From Candidatus Omnitrophota bacterium (GTDB lineage Bacteria; Omnitrophota; Gorgyraeia; Velamenicoccales; JABMQK01), in contig JAQTSV010000001.1 of assembly GCA_028711115.1 (NCBI GenBank), positions 774,032-838,031 on the forward strand: a DNA stretch of 64,000 nt, written 5' to 3'. Shown here one piece after another: positions 1-8,654 of the stretch. Below the pieces are notes generated by a model. That model saw only the letters and a program-made list of their open reading frames with translations, was not told where the DNA came from and did no database searches. A program made the translations under genes and the position numbers. Position 1 is the stretch's first letter, and the number at the start of each line of letters is the position of its first letter.

Positions 1-471
1 GCCTTCTCTCACTTCCCAGGTGAGGTTTAATCCATTAAAATTGGGATATCTTTCTTCCAGTACATCCACAATTCTTAGCGTCTGATTATTATGATTAAAA
101 CCACCGTGCCCTTTCATCAAGGTATTCAGTGCCTCTTCTCCTGCATGGCCGAATGGCGTATGGCCTAAGTCATGCGCTAAGGCAATAGCCTCTACTAGGT
201 CTTCATTTAATCTGAGAACCTTAGCTATGGTGCGGGCAATTTGAGATACTTCTATGGTATGGGTAAGTCTTGTACGGTAGTAATCGCCTTCATGGTATAC
301 AAAGACCTGAGTTTTATATTCCAGCCGTCTGAAAGCCGCGCTGTGGATTATTCTGTCTCTGTCTCTCTGATATATACTTCTGTAGGGATGTTCTTTCTCC
401 CTGAATTTTCTGCCACGCGATTCATTTTCGTGCATTGCATAATTAGCCAAATTTGTATTGTGGGATGACAT
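1..471 (-). CDS. dgt: dGTP triphosphohydrolase-like HD-domain protein (N-terminal part; runs off the window edge)
   Basis: My own translation from ATG at 471: [23 protein letters not shown]...[24 protein letters not shown]...[19 protein letters not shown]...[16 protein letters not shown]. This is the typical Dgt/HD signature. It is not in the ORF track because it is open at position 1. Confidence 0.85.
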   Translation of the reverse strand, partial: MSSHNTNLANYAMHENESRGRKFREKEHPYRSIYQRDRDRIIHSAAFRRLEYKTQVFVYHEGDYYRTRLTHTIEVSQIARTIAKVLRLNEDLVEAIALAHDLGHTPFGHAGEEALNTLMKGHGGFNHNNQTLRIVDVLEERYPNFNGLNLTWEVREG

Positions 472-472
472 T

Positions 473-949
473 TTATTTAACTTTAACGAGTCTTTTGTAT
501 AAATCCTTGAGTGATTGTGAGATTACCTTGGTGTTTGAAATTATAGGCATAAAATTAGTGTCGCCATTCCAGCGCGGGACAACATGAATATGCAGGTGCT
601 TATCGATTCCTGCGCCGCTAACTTTTCCGAGGTTAATCCCTAGATTATATCCCTTGGGTTTTAAGGCTTTATCTACGAGCTTTATGGTTTTTTTAATTAC
701 ATCGAATAAATCCAATATCTCTGCCTGTTTTAATTCTTCCAGTTTTTTAATATGTTTTACAGGGCAGGCCATAAAGTGGCCGTTATTATAAGGATAGATA
801 TTGAGTACGGAAAAGCTGTGTTTGCCCCTTAATATTACAAATCGTTTCTTATCTATGGCTTTATTTTTGGAAGGTAGGCACAATACGCACTTTTTGTTTT
901 CGGGTTTTCGGATATACTTTATTCTCCAGGGGGCCCAGATTTTATTCAT
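473..949 (-). CDS. HIT (histidine triad) family nucleotide hydrolase/transferase
   Basis: 158 aa with the histidine triad [10 protein letters not shown]-terminal WAPWR...CVLC, and GDTNFMP. The stop is 1 nt from the dgt start. Confidence 0.85.
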   Translation of the reverse strand: MNKIWAPWRIKYIRKPENKKCVLCLPSKNKAIDKKRFVILRGKHSFSVLNIYPYNNGHFMACPVKHIKKLEELKQAEILDLFDVIKKTIKLVDKALKPKGYNLGINLGKVSGAGIDKHLHIHVVPRWNGDTNFMPIISNTKVISQSLKDLYKRLVKVK

Positions 950-1431
950 AGTAACTTTATGATTGAAGATTTAATTTCGTCGTTAATCTCTAGTATACCA
1001 TAAGATTTGTACGGAGCAAATACTGTATCCGTGGGGCTGCCGGGATTGAAAAAAAGTATTCCTGATTTCTTTTCATTGACAGGATTGTGCGAATGTCCGA
1101 ATACAATTACATCCATCTTTTGTTCAAAGGCGCCTTTCGCGAATGAAATTAAGTTTGCGGGGCTGCCGCTGCCATGTATCAAACCAATTTTAAAATTGCC
1201 TGCTTCGATGATTTCTTTTTCTTTCAGTTTACTTTTAACCGGCGGAGTATCCATATTGCCGTAAACTGCCCTGACAGGGCCAATCTTCTTTAGCGATTCC
1301 AGCACATCCCAGGTTATTAAATCTCCGGCGTGCAGAATCAGATCCACATCTTTAAAAGCAGAATAGATTTCTTTGGGAAGCTCGGGGGCTCTTTCGGGAA
1401 TGTGCGTATCAGAAATTACACCTATTTTCAT
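946..1431 (-). CDS. YfcE/MJ0936-type metallophosphoesterase
   Basis: 161 aa with MKIGVISDTH, GDL, GNMD and FGHSH motifs of calcineurin-like phosphoesterases. It overlaps the HIT gene by 4 nt. Confidence 0.85.
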   Translation of the reverse strand: MKIGVISDTHIPERAPELPKEIYSAFKDVDLILHAGDLITWDVLESLKKIGPVRAVYGNMDTPPVKSKLKEKEIIEAGNFKIGLIHGSGSPANLISFAKGAFEQKMDVIVFGHSHNPVNEKKSGILFFNPGSPTDTVFAPYKSYGILEINDEIKSSIIKLL

Positions 1432-3066
1432 TTAAATAATTAAGCGTGGTTTTGCGTACAGATCAAGGAGTGTATTGAGATGTTCTATATCCCAGGTGAA
1501 TATCTTTTCTTCTTTTGCCAATAAACTTGCGTTTATTTCGGTCTTATCCAGGCCTATGATCAAACGCCTTAGTGATTTTTCTCTTGTTTGAATTTTCTTG
1601 GATTCTTTGATGAATTCGCATACGCAATCTTCTGTTATGTCACCGTCTTTGAATCCGATAAGCCAGCATTCATCGTCGGACAGGCAGATAAATCCCTTTT
1701 TAATATGGCGGCCGTCAAAGTTTAGAAATTCTATCTCTTTGAATTTGGAAAGCAGGATTTTGTTTCTACCTAACCTTACAGAATCGTTGGTAAATAGCGT
1801 AAGCAGCTCATAGAGTCTTTGCGGAATATCTTTCTTTGAGATGGTAATAAATTCCAAAAGCGATTGTTCTATCTTTTTTCTGAAGGAGATGATTTGGTCA
1901 TCGTAATTCTGTGAAATGCTGTTTAATTTCTCCAAATAAACAAAATTTAACCAGAAATTGAATACCCTGTCTGTGATATTGTAAAAACAACCAGAACGAT
2001 AAATAATGTTGGATTCTGTGAGTTTGGATAATTTTTGGTTTATATCGCGATAGGTTTTATGCAATAGGCTGGATAAATCTTTAATTTTATTTTTACCTTG
2101 CGCAATTGAAAGAAGCAGGTCCAGGGTGTCCGGTTTGTTTTTGGAATTGAACAGGTCAATGTAATTTTGGAAACGCAGGTTTAGCAGGCCCCACTTATTG
2201 AATAAAATTTCCTCCAAGCTGTATATAAAAACAAACGGACTTATGGTATCGGATTTCAATATTATCGCATTTTGATATATATGCTGAGCAATCTTATCTA
2301 AATAAAAAGGATTTCCGCCGGTAAAATTTATCAGGAAGTTTATAATATCTTGGGAAACAGGGGCGTTTCTTAATCTGTTTCTTATAAGAATATTGCTGGC
2401 TCTGTTATCAAAATTGTTTATATCTATTGTTTCAAAATTTCCGAAGAGTAGCGATAGCTCATCCTGGATAATCTTTTTCGCCCTTATTTTAGATGAACTC
2501 AATACGATATACATCGTGTTTTTCTGCAGCATTATCTTCTTGCCGAATTCCTGGAATATACTTCTGATTTTGAGATACTCAAGGTTTTGGAATTCATCAA
2601 AAATAATAACCATCTTCTGCCCTGTTTCTTGATTAAGAGTCTCCAACAGTCCGAGGATGTCCCTGAATGCAGAAATGTCTAATTTATCTTTCGCCGCATT
2701 ACTAGAAGATATGTTTTGGATTTTTAGAACCGTATTCGGAATGTGCGTCTTCGCTTCTTCGATGAGCTTGGCTGTGTTTTCTTTTGGAAGGATTATCCCC
2801 TTAGTCTTTAGGAAATTAAATAAGAGGACATTAAAAAATCTTTGCGTGAATGTATTTGCCGTAGCCTGGCTTAAATCAAAATAAAGCGGAATGATTTTGG
2901 GGTCGGAGAGGTTATCAAAGATGAATCTGATTATCCAGGTTTTGCCTGTTAGTTCGTCACCCAGCAGCGCGATATTTTGGCGATAACCTTCTTTAAGGTC
3001 AGAGAGGCGTTTATTTATTACCTTAATTACATCTTCTCTGCCAACAAATTGTTCTCTGATAAACAT
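1432..3066 (-). CDS. ATP-binding protein of the archaeal-type ATPase family, with a wHTH-like middle and a DUF234-like C-terminal tail
   Basis: 544 aa. Walker A is GDELTGKT and Walker B is VIIFDEFQ. The N-terminus FVGREDVI is typical of this ATPase family. The C-terminal segment is EIEFLNFDGRH...ECWLIGFK. Its stop TAA directly abuts the ATG of the next gene (TAAATG). Confidence 0.7.
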   Translation of the reverse strand: MFIREQFVGREDVIKVINKRLSDLKEGYRQNIALLGDELTGKTWIIRFIFDNLSDPKIIPLYFDLSQATANTFTQRFFNVLLFNFLKTKGIILPKENTAKLIEEAKTHIPNTVLKIQNISSSNAAKDKLDISAFRDILGLLETLNQETGQKMVIIFDEFQNLEYLKIRSIFQEFGKKIMLQKNTMYIVLSSSKIRAKKIIQDELSLLFGNFETIDINNFDNRASNILIRNRLRNAPVSQDIINFLINFTGGNPFYLDKIAQHIYQNAIILKSDTISPFVFIYSLEEILFNKWGLLNLRFQNYIDLFNSKNKPDTLDLLLSIAQGKNKIKDLSSLLHKTYRDINQKLSKLTESNIIYRSGCFYNITDRVFNFWLNFVYLEKLNSISQNYDDQIISFRKKIEQSLLEFITISKKDIPQRLYELLTLFTNDSVRLGRNKILLSKFKEIEFLNFDGRHIKKGFICLSDDECWLIGFKDGDITEDCVCEFIKESKKIQTREKSLRRLIIGLDKTEINASLLAKEEKIFTWDIEHLNTLLDLYAKPRLII

Positions 3067-3101
3067 ATTTGAATGAATTTATATAAAACCCGAACCCTAT
3101 G

Positions 3102-3130
3102 ATACTATTACTTTTTTGTCCTATTGTCAA
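3102..3130 (-). promoter_or_regulatory. sigma70-like promoter for the ATPase operon
   Basis: The minus strand reads TTGACA-17 nt-TAGTAT, about 35 nt upstream of the ATPase ATG. Confidence 0.5.
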
Positions 3131-3167
3131 TAAAAGATGTAAATGGATACGGTATAAAAATAACTAA

Positions 3168-3238
3168 AGCGAGCGAGGGGAATCGAACCCCCGTGTAGAG
3201 CTTGGGAAGCTCTCATTCTACCATTGAATTACGCTCGC
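3168..3238 (-). tRNA. tRNA-Gly (anticodon CCC)
   Basis: Cloverleaf read by hand: GCGAGCG acceptor, anticodon arm AGAGC-TTCCCAA-GCTCT, T arm GGGGG-TTCGATT-CCCCT, discriminator U. No encoded CCA. Confidence 0.9.
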
Positions 3239-3246
3239 AAGTCTGC

Positions 3247-4533
3247 CTAAAAACACTTTTCTATTAGCTTCAGCGAGCAATATTTTCCGCACATGGTGCA
3301 TACCGATGATTCTTGTAATTTTGATTGCGATCTATATCTTTTTGCTTTTACAGGATCGATAGACAGTTTGATTTGTTTTGTCCAATCCCGAGATTTTCTG
3401 GCCTGAGAGATTTTTCTGTCCCAGTCTATTTGGTACGGGATGCCTTTTGCGATATCTGCTGCGTGCGCCGCTATTTTTGAAGCAATCAAACCTTCCCTCA
3501 CGTCGTCTATAGAGGGTAATCTCAGGTGCTCAGAAGGCGTAACATAACAAAGAAAATCAGCGCCGTAATAGCTTGCCAGTGCGCCACCGATGGATGCTGA
3601 TATGTGGTCATAGCCTGATGAAACATCGGTTACCAGTGGGCCAAGAACATAGAAAGGCGCGCCATGGCAGATTTGTTTTTGCATCTTTATATTCTTTTCT
3701 ATCTGATTGAGAGGGACATGGCCAGGGCCTTCAATAATAGTCTGTACTCCTCTTTCCAGGGCATATTTAGATAATTGCCCCAATTTTCTTAGTTCATAGA
3801 GTTGTATCTCGTCGGTGGCATCTAAAACGCTTCCCGGACGCAGCCCGTCTCCCAGACTTAAAGTTATATCAAATCTTTTTGCGATTTTTAAGACATTATC
3901 AAAATATTCATAAAGAGGGTTTTCTTTATTATTGTGTATTATCCAGTTGGCTAATATTGCCCCGCCCCTGCTTACAATTTCTATAATTCTTTTTTTATAA
4001 GGTATCTTTTTTATTATTTCTTTGGTGATACCTGCATGCACGGTGAAAAAATCCACCCCTTCCTCTGCCTGCCTTTCAAGGACTTCTAAAATGTCGTCTT
4101 TGGTCATTTTAAACAGATTTTTTCTTTTATGTTCTAATTCCTGGGCAGCTTCATAAATGGGCACAGTGCCGACGGGTATAGTGGAATGCGCAATAATCTC
4201 CTGCCTTATCTTTCTTACATTCTTGCCTACGCTTAAATCCATCACCGTATCAGCGCCGTAATCAATAGATATCTTCAGTTTCTTTAATTCTGTTTTAATG
4301 CTGGATACTTCTGTGGAAGCCCCCATATTCACATTGACTTTAGTGCGCAATCCTCTGCCAATGGCGCAGGGTTTCTTTAAATTATGAATTTTATTCTTTA
4401 AGATTACAGTTTTGCCGCAGGATATATTCTTAGACAGAGTGTTAATATCTTGACATTCCAGACGGGATATTTTCCTGATTAATGGCGAGGCGATTTTATT
4501 ACGAGCACATTCAATGGTATTCATTGTATTCAT
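3247..4533 (-). CDS. thiC: phosphomethylpyrimidine synthase ThiC
   Basis: 428 aa, full-length ThiC-like, with the C-terminal Fe-S motif CTMCGKYCS. Confidence 0.95.
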   Translation of the reverse strand: MNTMNTIECARNKIASPLIRKISRLECQDINTLSKNISCGKTVILKNKIHNLKKPCAIGRGLRTKVNVNMGASTEVSSIKTELKKLKISIDYGADTVMDLSVGKNVRKIRQEIIAHSTIPVGTVPIYEAAQELEHKRKNLFKMTKDDILEVLERQAEEGVDFFTVHAGITKEIIKKIPYKKRIIEIVSRGGAILANWIIHNNKENPLYEYFDNVLKIAKRFDITLSLGDGLRPGSVLDATDEIQLYELRKLGQLSKYALERGVQTIIEGPGHVPLNQIEKNIKMQKQICHGAPFYVLGPLVTDVSSGYDHISASIGGALASYYGADFLCYVTPSEHLRLPSIDDVREGLIASKIAAHAADIAKGIPYQIDWDRKISQARKSRDWTKQIKLSIDPVKAKRYRSQSKLQESSVCTMCGKYCSLKLIEKCF

Positions 4534-5160
4534 TTAATTTAAAAGGTTTCTTAAGTTTTTTATTGCTTGGCCTGTGTTTTTTGTTTTACACAAGGCCCTG
4601 CATACGGCAATGCGTTTTATCTTCAGTGGTTTTAAAATCTTAAGCCCAGGGGAATCAATGCCGCCTATCGCAAAGAAAGGAATCCGTATTTTATTTTTAA
4701 TCAGTTTTATTTTTCTAAATCCTATAGGATTGCATTCTCTTTTCGTCGGGGTTTTAAATATTGGCCCAAAACCTATGTAGTCAGCACCGCCTTTTTGCGC
4801 AAACTCGGCTTGTTTTATATTATGGCAAGAGATACCGATAATTTTGTCTTTTCCCAGAATATCACGGGCAGACTTTAAACACAGGTCATCTTGGCCTAAA
4901 TGCACGCCGTCGGCATTGGCTAACAGGCATATCTCTGGATAGTCATTTACTATAAAAATAGCTTTGTTCTTTATGATTTTTTTTATAAGATAGGCTTTTT
5001 CTAAAATTTCTTTCCAGGAAGATTTTTTGTCGCGAAGCTGGATAATCTTTATATTATTCTTTATAAGATTTATTATGAGATTAGATATGTTATTGCGACA
5101 GGTTCCTACATCTAATATTGCATAGATGTCCGATTTTTTTAACACATTCTTTTTCGACAT
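4534..5160 (-). CDS. thiE: thiamine-phosphate synthase ThiE (catalytic domain)
   Basis: 208 aa TMP-synthase fold (IIQLRDK, ADGVHLGQDD, GFGPIFKTPTK, FAIGGI). There is no SD before its ATG. It overlaps the upstream ORF by 71 nt. Confidence 0.9.
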   Translation of the reverse strand: MSKKNVLKKSDIYAILDVGTCRNNISNLIINLIKNNIKIIQLRDKKSSWKEILEKAYLIKKIIKNKAIFIVNDYPEICLLANADGVHLGQDDLCLKSARDILGKDKIIGISCHNIKQAEFAQKGGADYIGFGPIFKTPTKRECNPIGFRKIKLIKNKIRIPFFAIGGIDSPGLKILKPLKIKRIAVCRALCKTKNTGQAIKNLRNLLN

Positions 5161-5542
5161 TATAAAAATTGAATCTTAAATTCTGGAATCTTTTGGCTGT
5201 TTTATTATCGAGAATACAAAATAATTCCTCCAGAACTCTCAGCGCCTCTTTTACACGCTGGGAATTGGCCAGAAATATATCAGGAAAACCTTTTTTAGAA
5301 CTTCTTATCTTTGTTTCTTTTCCTACGTCTAATTGGCTATCGCGGTATTTTACTACTTCATATATCTCAATCTTTGAGTCTTTTATGATTTTAGATATTC
5401 TGTGCCTTATGTGTTTTAACTTGTCTGTTTTGTCTTTGTCGCCGACAATAAGGCGCATAATGTCTTCACATACCCTTAAGCCTTCTTTGGCGCGGTTGAT
5501 ATTTGCGTCGATTACTCTTAATATTTTACCTTCAAAATTCAT
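5090..5542 (-). CDS. ThiE-associated N-terminal domain protein (the domain normally fused to ThiE in long-form ThiE proteins)
   Basis: 150 aa with RVIDANINRAKEGLRVCEDIMR and RVKEALRVLEE, the motif I recall from N-terminal extensions of long ThiE proteins. The 3' end overlaps thiE in another frame. Confidence 0.6.
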   Translation of the reverse strand: MNFEGKILRVIDANINRAKEGLRVCEDIMRLIVGDKDKTDKLKHIRHRISKIIKDSKIEIYEVVKYRDSQLDVGKETKIRSSKKGFPDIFLANSQRVKEALRVLEELFCILDNKTAKRFQNLRFNFYNVEKECVKKIGHLCNIRCRNLSQ

Positions 5543-5543
5543 C

Positions 5544-6026
5544 TTATTTTTGCGCAGAGATGATTTTTTTAATCAAGCCGGTGGTAGAATAACCTTTTTT
5601 AAACGGAATGGTTATAATTTTTCCACCGTATGCTTTTACAAAATCAGCTCCCACAATTTCTTTATTCTTCCAATCCCCTCCTTTTACAAGCACATCGGGA
5701 CGGATTTTCTTAATCAAATTCAGAGGCGTTTTCTGGCTGAATGCACAGACATAATCAATGCATTCGAGGCTGGCAAGGATTTTAATCCTGTCTTTTAACG
5801 GCATAATCGGTCTTCTGCTGCCTTTAAGTGATTTTACGGAAGTATCGGAATTGATGCCGACGACGAGAATATCCCCGAGCTTTTTAGCACTGTTTAGGTA
5901 GGAAATATGGCCGACGTGCAAAATATCAAAGCAGCCATTAGTGAATACTATTCTCTTTCTTTTCTTCTTTAAAGAGGATATTATTCTTGCCAATTTATGT
6001 TTAGAAAATATTTTATCCTTAGACAT
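5544..6026 (-). CDS. rfaE: D-glycero-beta-D-manno-heptose 1-phosphate adenylyltransferase (RfaE domain II type cytidylyltransferase)
   Basis: 160 aa with FTNGCFDILHVGHISYL and a RRPI...ER-type region. It is adjacent to gmhA. Confidence 0.85.
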   Translation of the reverse strand: MSKDKIFSKHKLARIISSLKKKRKRIVFTNGCFDILHVGHISYLNSAKKLGDILVVGINSDTSVKSLKGSRRPIMPLKDRIKILASLECIDYVCAFSQKTPLNLIKKIRPDVLVKGGDWKNKEIVGADFVKAYGGKIITIPFKKGYSTTGLIKKIISAQK

Positions 6027-6032
6027 CGCTTT

Positions 6033-6599
6033 TTAGCACAGATTATCTTCTATGAGTTCGCAGAGGATGTGTCCTATGCAGATATGTGCTTCTTGGATGC
6101 GGGCAGTGTCACTGCTGGGCACAATCAAGGGAACATCGCAGGACTTGGCAAATTCCTTGCCATTTTGTCCTGTCAAAGCAATTGTTTTTATGCCTATTTC
6201 CTTTGCTTTCTTTACTGCTTCGACAACATTCTTTGCTTTTCCACTGGTGGATATGGCAATTAATATATCATTTTTATTTGCTGTTGATTCTAACTGCCTC
6301 TCAAATATTCTATCATATCCGTAATCGTTTCCGATGGCAGTGATTATGGATGTATTGGTGGTAAGTGCTATCGCTGGCAGAGATTTTCTGTCTTTTTTGA
6401 ATCTTACCACTAATTCTGCGGCGAGATGCTGGCTGTCAGCAGCGCTGCCACCATTGCCACAAAGGATAATCTTTCCGCCGTTTTTAAGCGTTCTTATACA
6501 AAGTTCAGCTATCTGTGAGATATTCTTTAGGGAATTCTCCAAAAGTTTCTCTTTTACAAGAATTGATTCCTCGATTATTTTCTTTATTTTATTTTCCAT
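6033..6599 (-). CDS. gmhA: phosphoheptose isomerase (SIS domain)
   Basis: 188 aa with CGNGGSAADSQHLAAE and ISTSGKAKN. Confidence 0.9.
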   Translation of the reverse strand: MENKIKKIIEESILVKEKLLENSLKNISQIAELCIRTLKNGGKIILCGNGGSAADSQHLAAELVVRFKKDRKSLPAIALTTNTSIITAIGNDYGYDRIFERQLESTANKNDILIAISTSGKAKNVVEAVKKAKEIGIKTIALTGQNGKEFAKSCDVPLIVPSSDTARIQEAHICIGHILCELIEDNLC

Positions 6600-7627
6600 T
6601 ATCCGAAAAACTCCTTTGCCATTTCATAGAGCTCCATATCGATTGTCTTTAGTTTCGCCACTGCATCTTCTAAAGGAACGTCTATGATTTTGTTTCCGGT
6701 GAGACTTACCATTCTGCCGAATTTTTTATTCAATACGAGGTCCACCGCTTTCAGGCCGAAACGCGTACCGAGTATCCTGTCAAACGCAGTGGGCGAGCCG
6801 CCCCTTTGAATATGGCCCAGCACTGTGACGCGGGTTTCATAACCGGTTATTTTTTCTATTTTTTCTGCGAGTATTTGGCCTATACCGCCTAAACGTACGT
6901 GGCCAAATTCGTCTTTCTTTTCTTCCTGCAATACCATGTCGTCCTGTTTAAAGGTTGCGCCTTCAGCTACAACTATAATACTGAAAGTGCGTCCGCGCTC
7001 ATGCCTTTTTTTGATAGCAGCACAGATTTCTTTTATATCTATGGGTATTTCTGGTATGAGAATCATATCCGCGCCGCCAGCCATGCCTGCTTCTGTGGCG
7101 ATCCATCCGGCATGACGACCCATAACTTCTACTACCATTATACGATGATGGCTTTCAGCGGTTGTGTGCAATCTGTCGATACACTCCGTAACAATATTTA
7201 TGGCTGTATCAAAACCGAATGTGTAATCTGTAGCCGAGAGGTCATTATCAATGGTTTTGGGTACTCCTACGATGTTTTTAATACCGTCTTTTATCAATTT
7301 ATAAGCAACGCCCAAAGTATCTTCTCCCCCTATCGCAATAAGCGCGTCGAGTTTTAATTTATTAAGGCTTTCTTTTACCTTTTCCACGCCTTTTTCTTTT
7401 TTGTAAGGATTGGTCCGGCTTGTGCCTAAAATCGTTCCGCCTCTGTGAAGAATTCCGGTGATGTTGTTTATATTAAGTTCTTCGTATTCGCCGTCAATCA
7501 AACCTTTCCAGCCATTTTTAATGCCGACCACCTGATGATTCTTATTCACTGATTTTCTCACGATTGCCCTTATTACTGCGTTTAATCCGGGGCAATCACC
7601 GCCGCCTGTTAACACTCCAATTTTCAT
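6599..7627 (-). CDS. pfkA: 6-phosphofructokinase, probably of the PPi-type/group III lineage
   Basis: 342 aa with GVLTGGGDCPGLNAVIR, IGGEDTLG, PKTIDNDL and MGRHAGW. Confidence 0.9.
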   Translation of the reverse strand: MKIGVLTGGGDCPGLNAVIRAIVRKSVNKNHQVVGIKNGWKGLIDGEYEELNINNITGILHRGGTILGTSRTNPYKKEKGVEKVKESLNKLKLDALIAIGGEDTLGVAYKLIKDGIKNIVGVPKTIDNDLSATDYTFGFDTAINIVTECIDRLHTTAESHHRIMVVEVMGRHAGWIATEAGMAGGADMILIPEIPIDIKEICAAIKKRHERGRTFSIIVVAEGATFKQDDMVLQEEKKDEFGHVRLGGIGQILAEKIEKITGYETRVTVLGHIQRGGSPTAFDRILGTRFGLKAVDLVLNKKFGRMVSLTGNKIIDVPLEDAVAKLKTIDMELYEMAKEFFG

Positions 7628-7657
7628 ACTCTCAATCCTCCTTTGGAAGTTTTATTC

Positions 7658-8260
7658 TTATATCCTTGGATAAGGTACTTTTATTTCTGTATCTTCTAGG
7701 GCTACTTCGTTCTTTTTCTTTGGTTTTTCCTGTTGGGTTACAATTTTTGCCACATGAATTCTTACTATTATTGATTCATCGATGCCGAAAACTTCCTGTA
7801 TGCGGCTTTTTACTGTTTCTTGCAATTGGGCTGTAAATTCCGGTATATTGGTTTCTGATCTGAGAATAAGTCTGATATTGACCTGTATGCCCCGTTTTTT
7901 AGTTGCTATTACATCGGATTTAATCTCTTTTATGGGAGGCAGTTCCTGGCCTATTTTACGGATAAGGTCCTCGACGGCAAAGAGTGTGATTGTTACCTGC
8001 CCCGAAGGATTGTTGAAGGCGATGGTCTTTTCCCGTTCGCGTTTTACAGAAGTAATTTGTGCTAATAAGAGCGAAATAAAGATAAACAATACTCCGCCTG
8101 CGCCCAAAGCGATTCGCGCATTAAGATTACTGTATATTGCATTTAAATGGGATAATAACTCATTGATTTCCAGCAGATTAAAAGAAAAGCTTAAGATTAC
8201 TGCGCCCAGCAGAGCAGAAATTAATATATAAAAAATAATTATCACATTAAAATATCTCAT
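7658..8260 (-). CDS. membrane-anchored Asp23-like / AmaP-like alkaline-shock anchor protein
   Basis: 200 aa with two N-terminal hydrophobic helices followed by an Asp23-like soluble domain. It lies directly downstream of the asp23-family gene. Confidence 0.55.
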   Translation of the reverse strand: MRYFNVIIIFYILISALLGAVILSFSFNLLEINELLSHLNAIYSNLNARIALGAGGVLFIFISLLLAQITSVKREREKTIAFNNPSGQVTITLFAVEDLIRKIGQELPPIKEIKSDVIATKKRGIQVNIRLILRSETNIPEFTAQLQETVKSRIQEVFGIDESIIVRIHVAKIVTQQEKPKKKNEVALEDTEIKVPYPRI

Positions 8261-8282
8261 GCCTGCCCCCTCTGTTATATTA

Positions 8283-8651
8283 TTATATTTCTTCTAAAAT
8301 TCTACCTTTTTCTATATCTTTAACTTTTACGTTTATTTCCTTAACATTAATGTTAGTGGCATTTTCAACAGATAATTTTACATTTTCTTGCACCTTCGCG
8401 GCTATTTCGGGAATATTATATCCAAATTTCACTATAATAGGTATGGTTATTATAATTTCGTTATTTTTATCAAATTCGATTTTAACAGCAGCGCAATTAC
8501 TTTTTCCCACTAACTCCATAAAATAAGTTTTTAAATTTCTGCCTATTCTCATAATTCCCGGTATTTGCCTTGCTGCTTCTACAGCGATAGATGTGATGAC
8601 ATTATGATGAATTTTAATTTCTCCCAATTCTGTCTTGGTATAATTACCCAT
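8283..8651 (-). CDS. Asp23/Gls24 family envelope stress protein
   Basis: 122 aa with GEIKIHHNVITSIAVEAARQIPGI, which is typical of Asp23. Confidence 0.85.
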   Translation of the reverse strand: MGNYTKTELGEIKIHHNVITSIAVEAARQIPGIMRIGRNLKTYFMELVGKSNCAAVKIEFDKNNEIIITIPIIVKFGYNIPEIAAKVQENVKLSVENATNINVKEINVKVKDIEKGRILEEI

Positions 8652-8654
8652 ATG

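Noticed and set aside
241-468. The 75-aa plus-strand ORF at the left edge.
   Set aside because: The opposite strand encodes an unmistakable dGTPase-like HD protein (ATG at 471), so the plus ORF is antisense noise.
3067-3246. tRNA-Gly next to an accessory-looking ATPase, considered as a possible genomic-island integration site.
   Set aside because: The window has no integrase, recombinase or transposase. I saw no direct repeat of the tRNA 3' end, and the flanking genes are ordinary and co-oriented.
5237-5242. A CTGAGA (THI-box core) match on the minus strand upstream of thiE/thiC.
   Set aside because: It is part of the codons for EALRVLEE in the ThiE N-domain ORF. The flanking TPP-riboswitch helices are absent.
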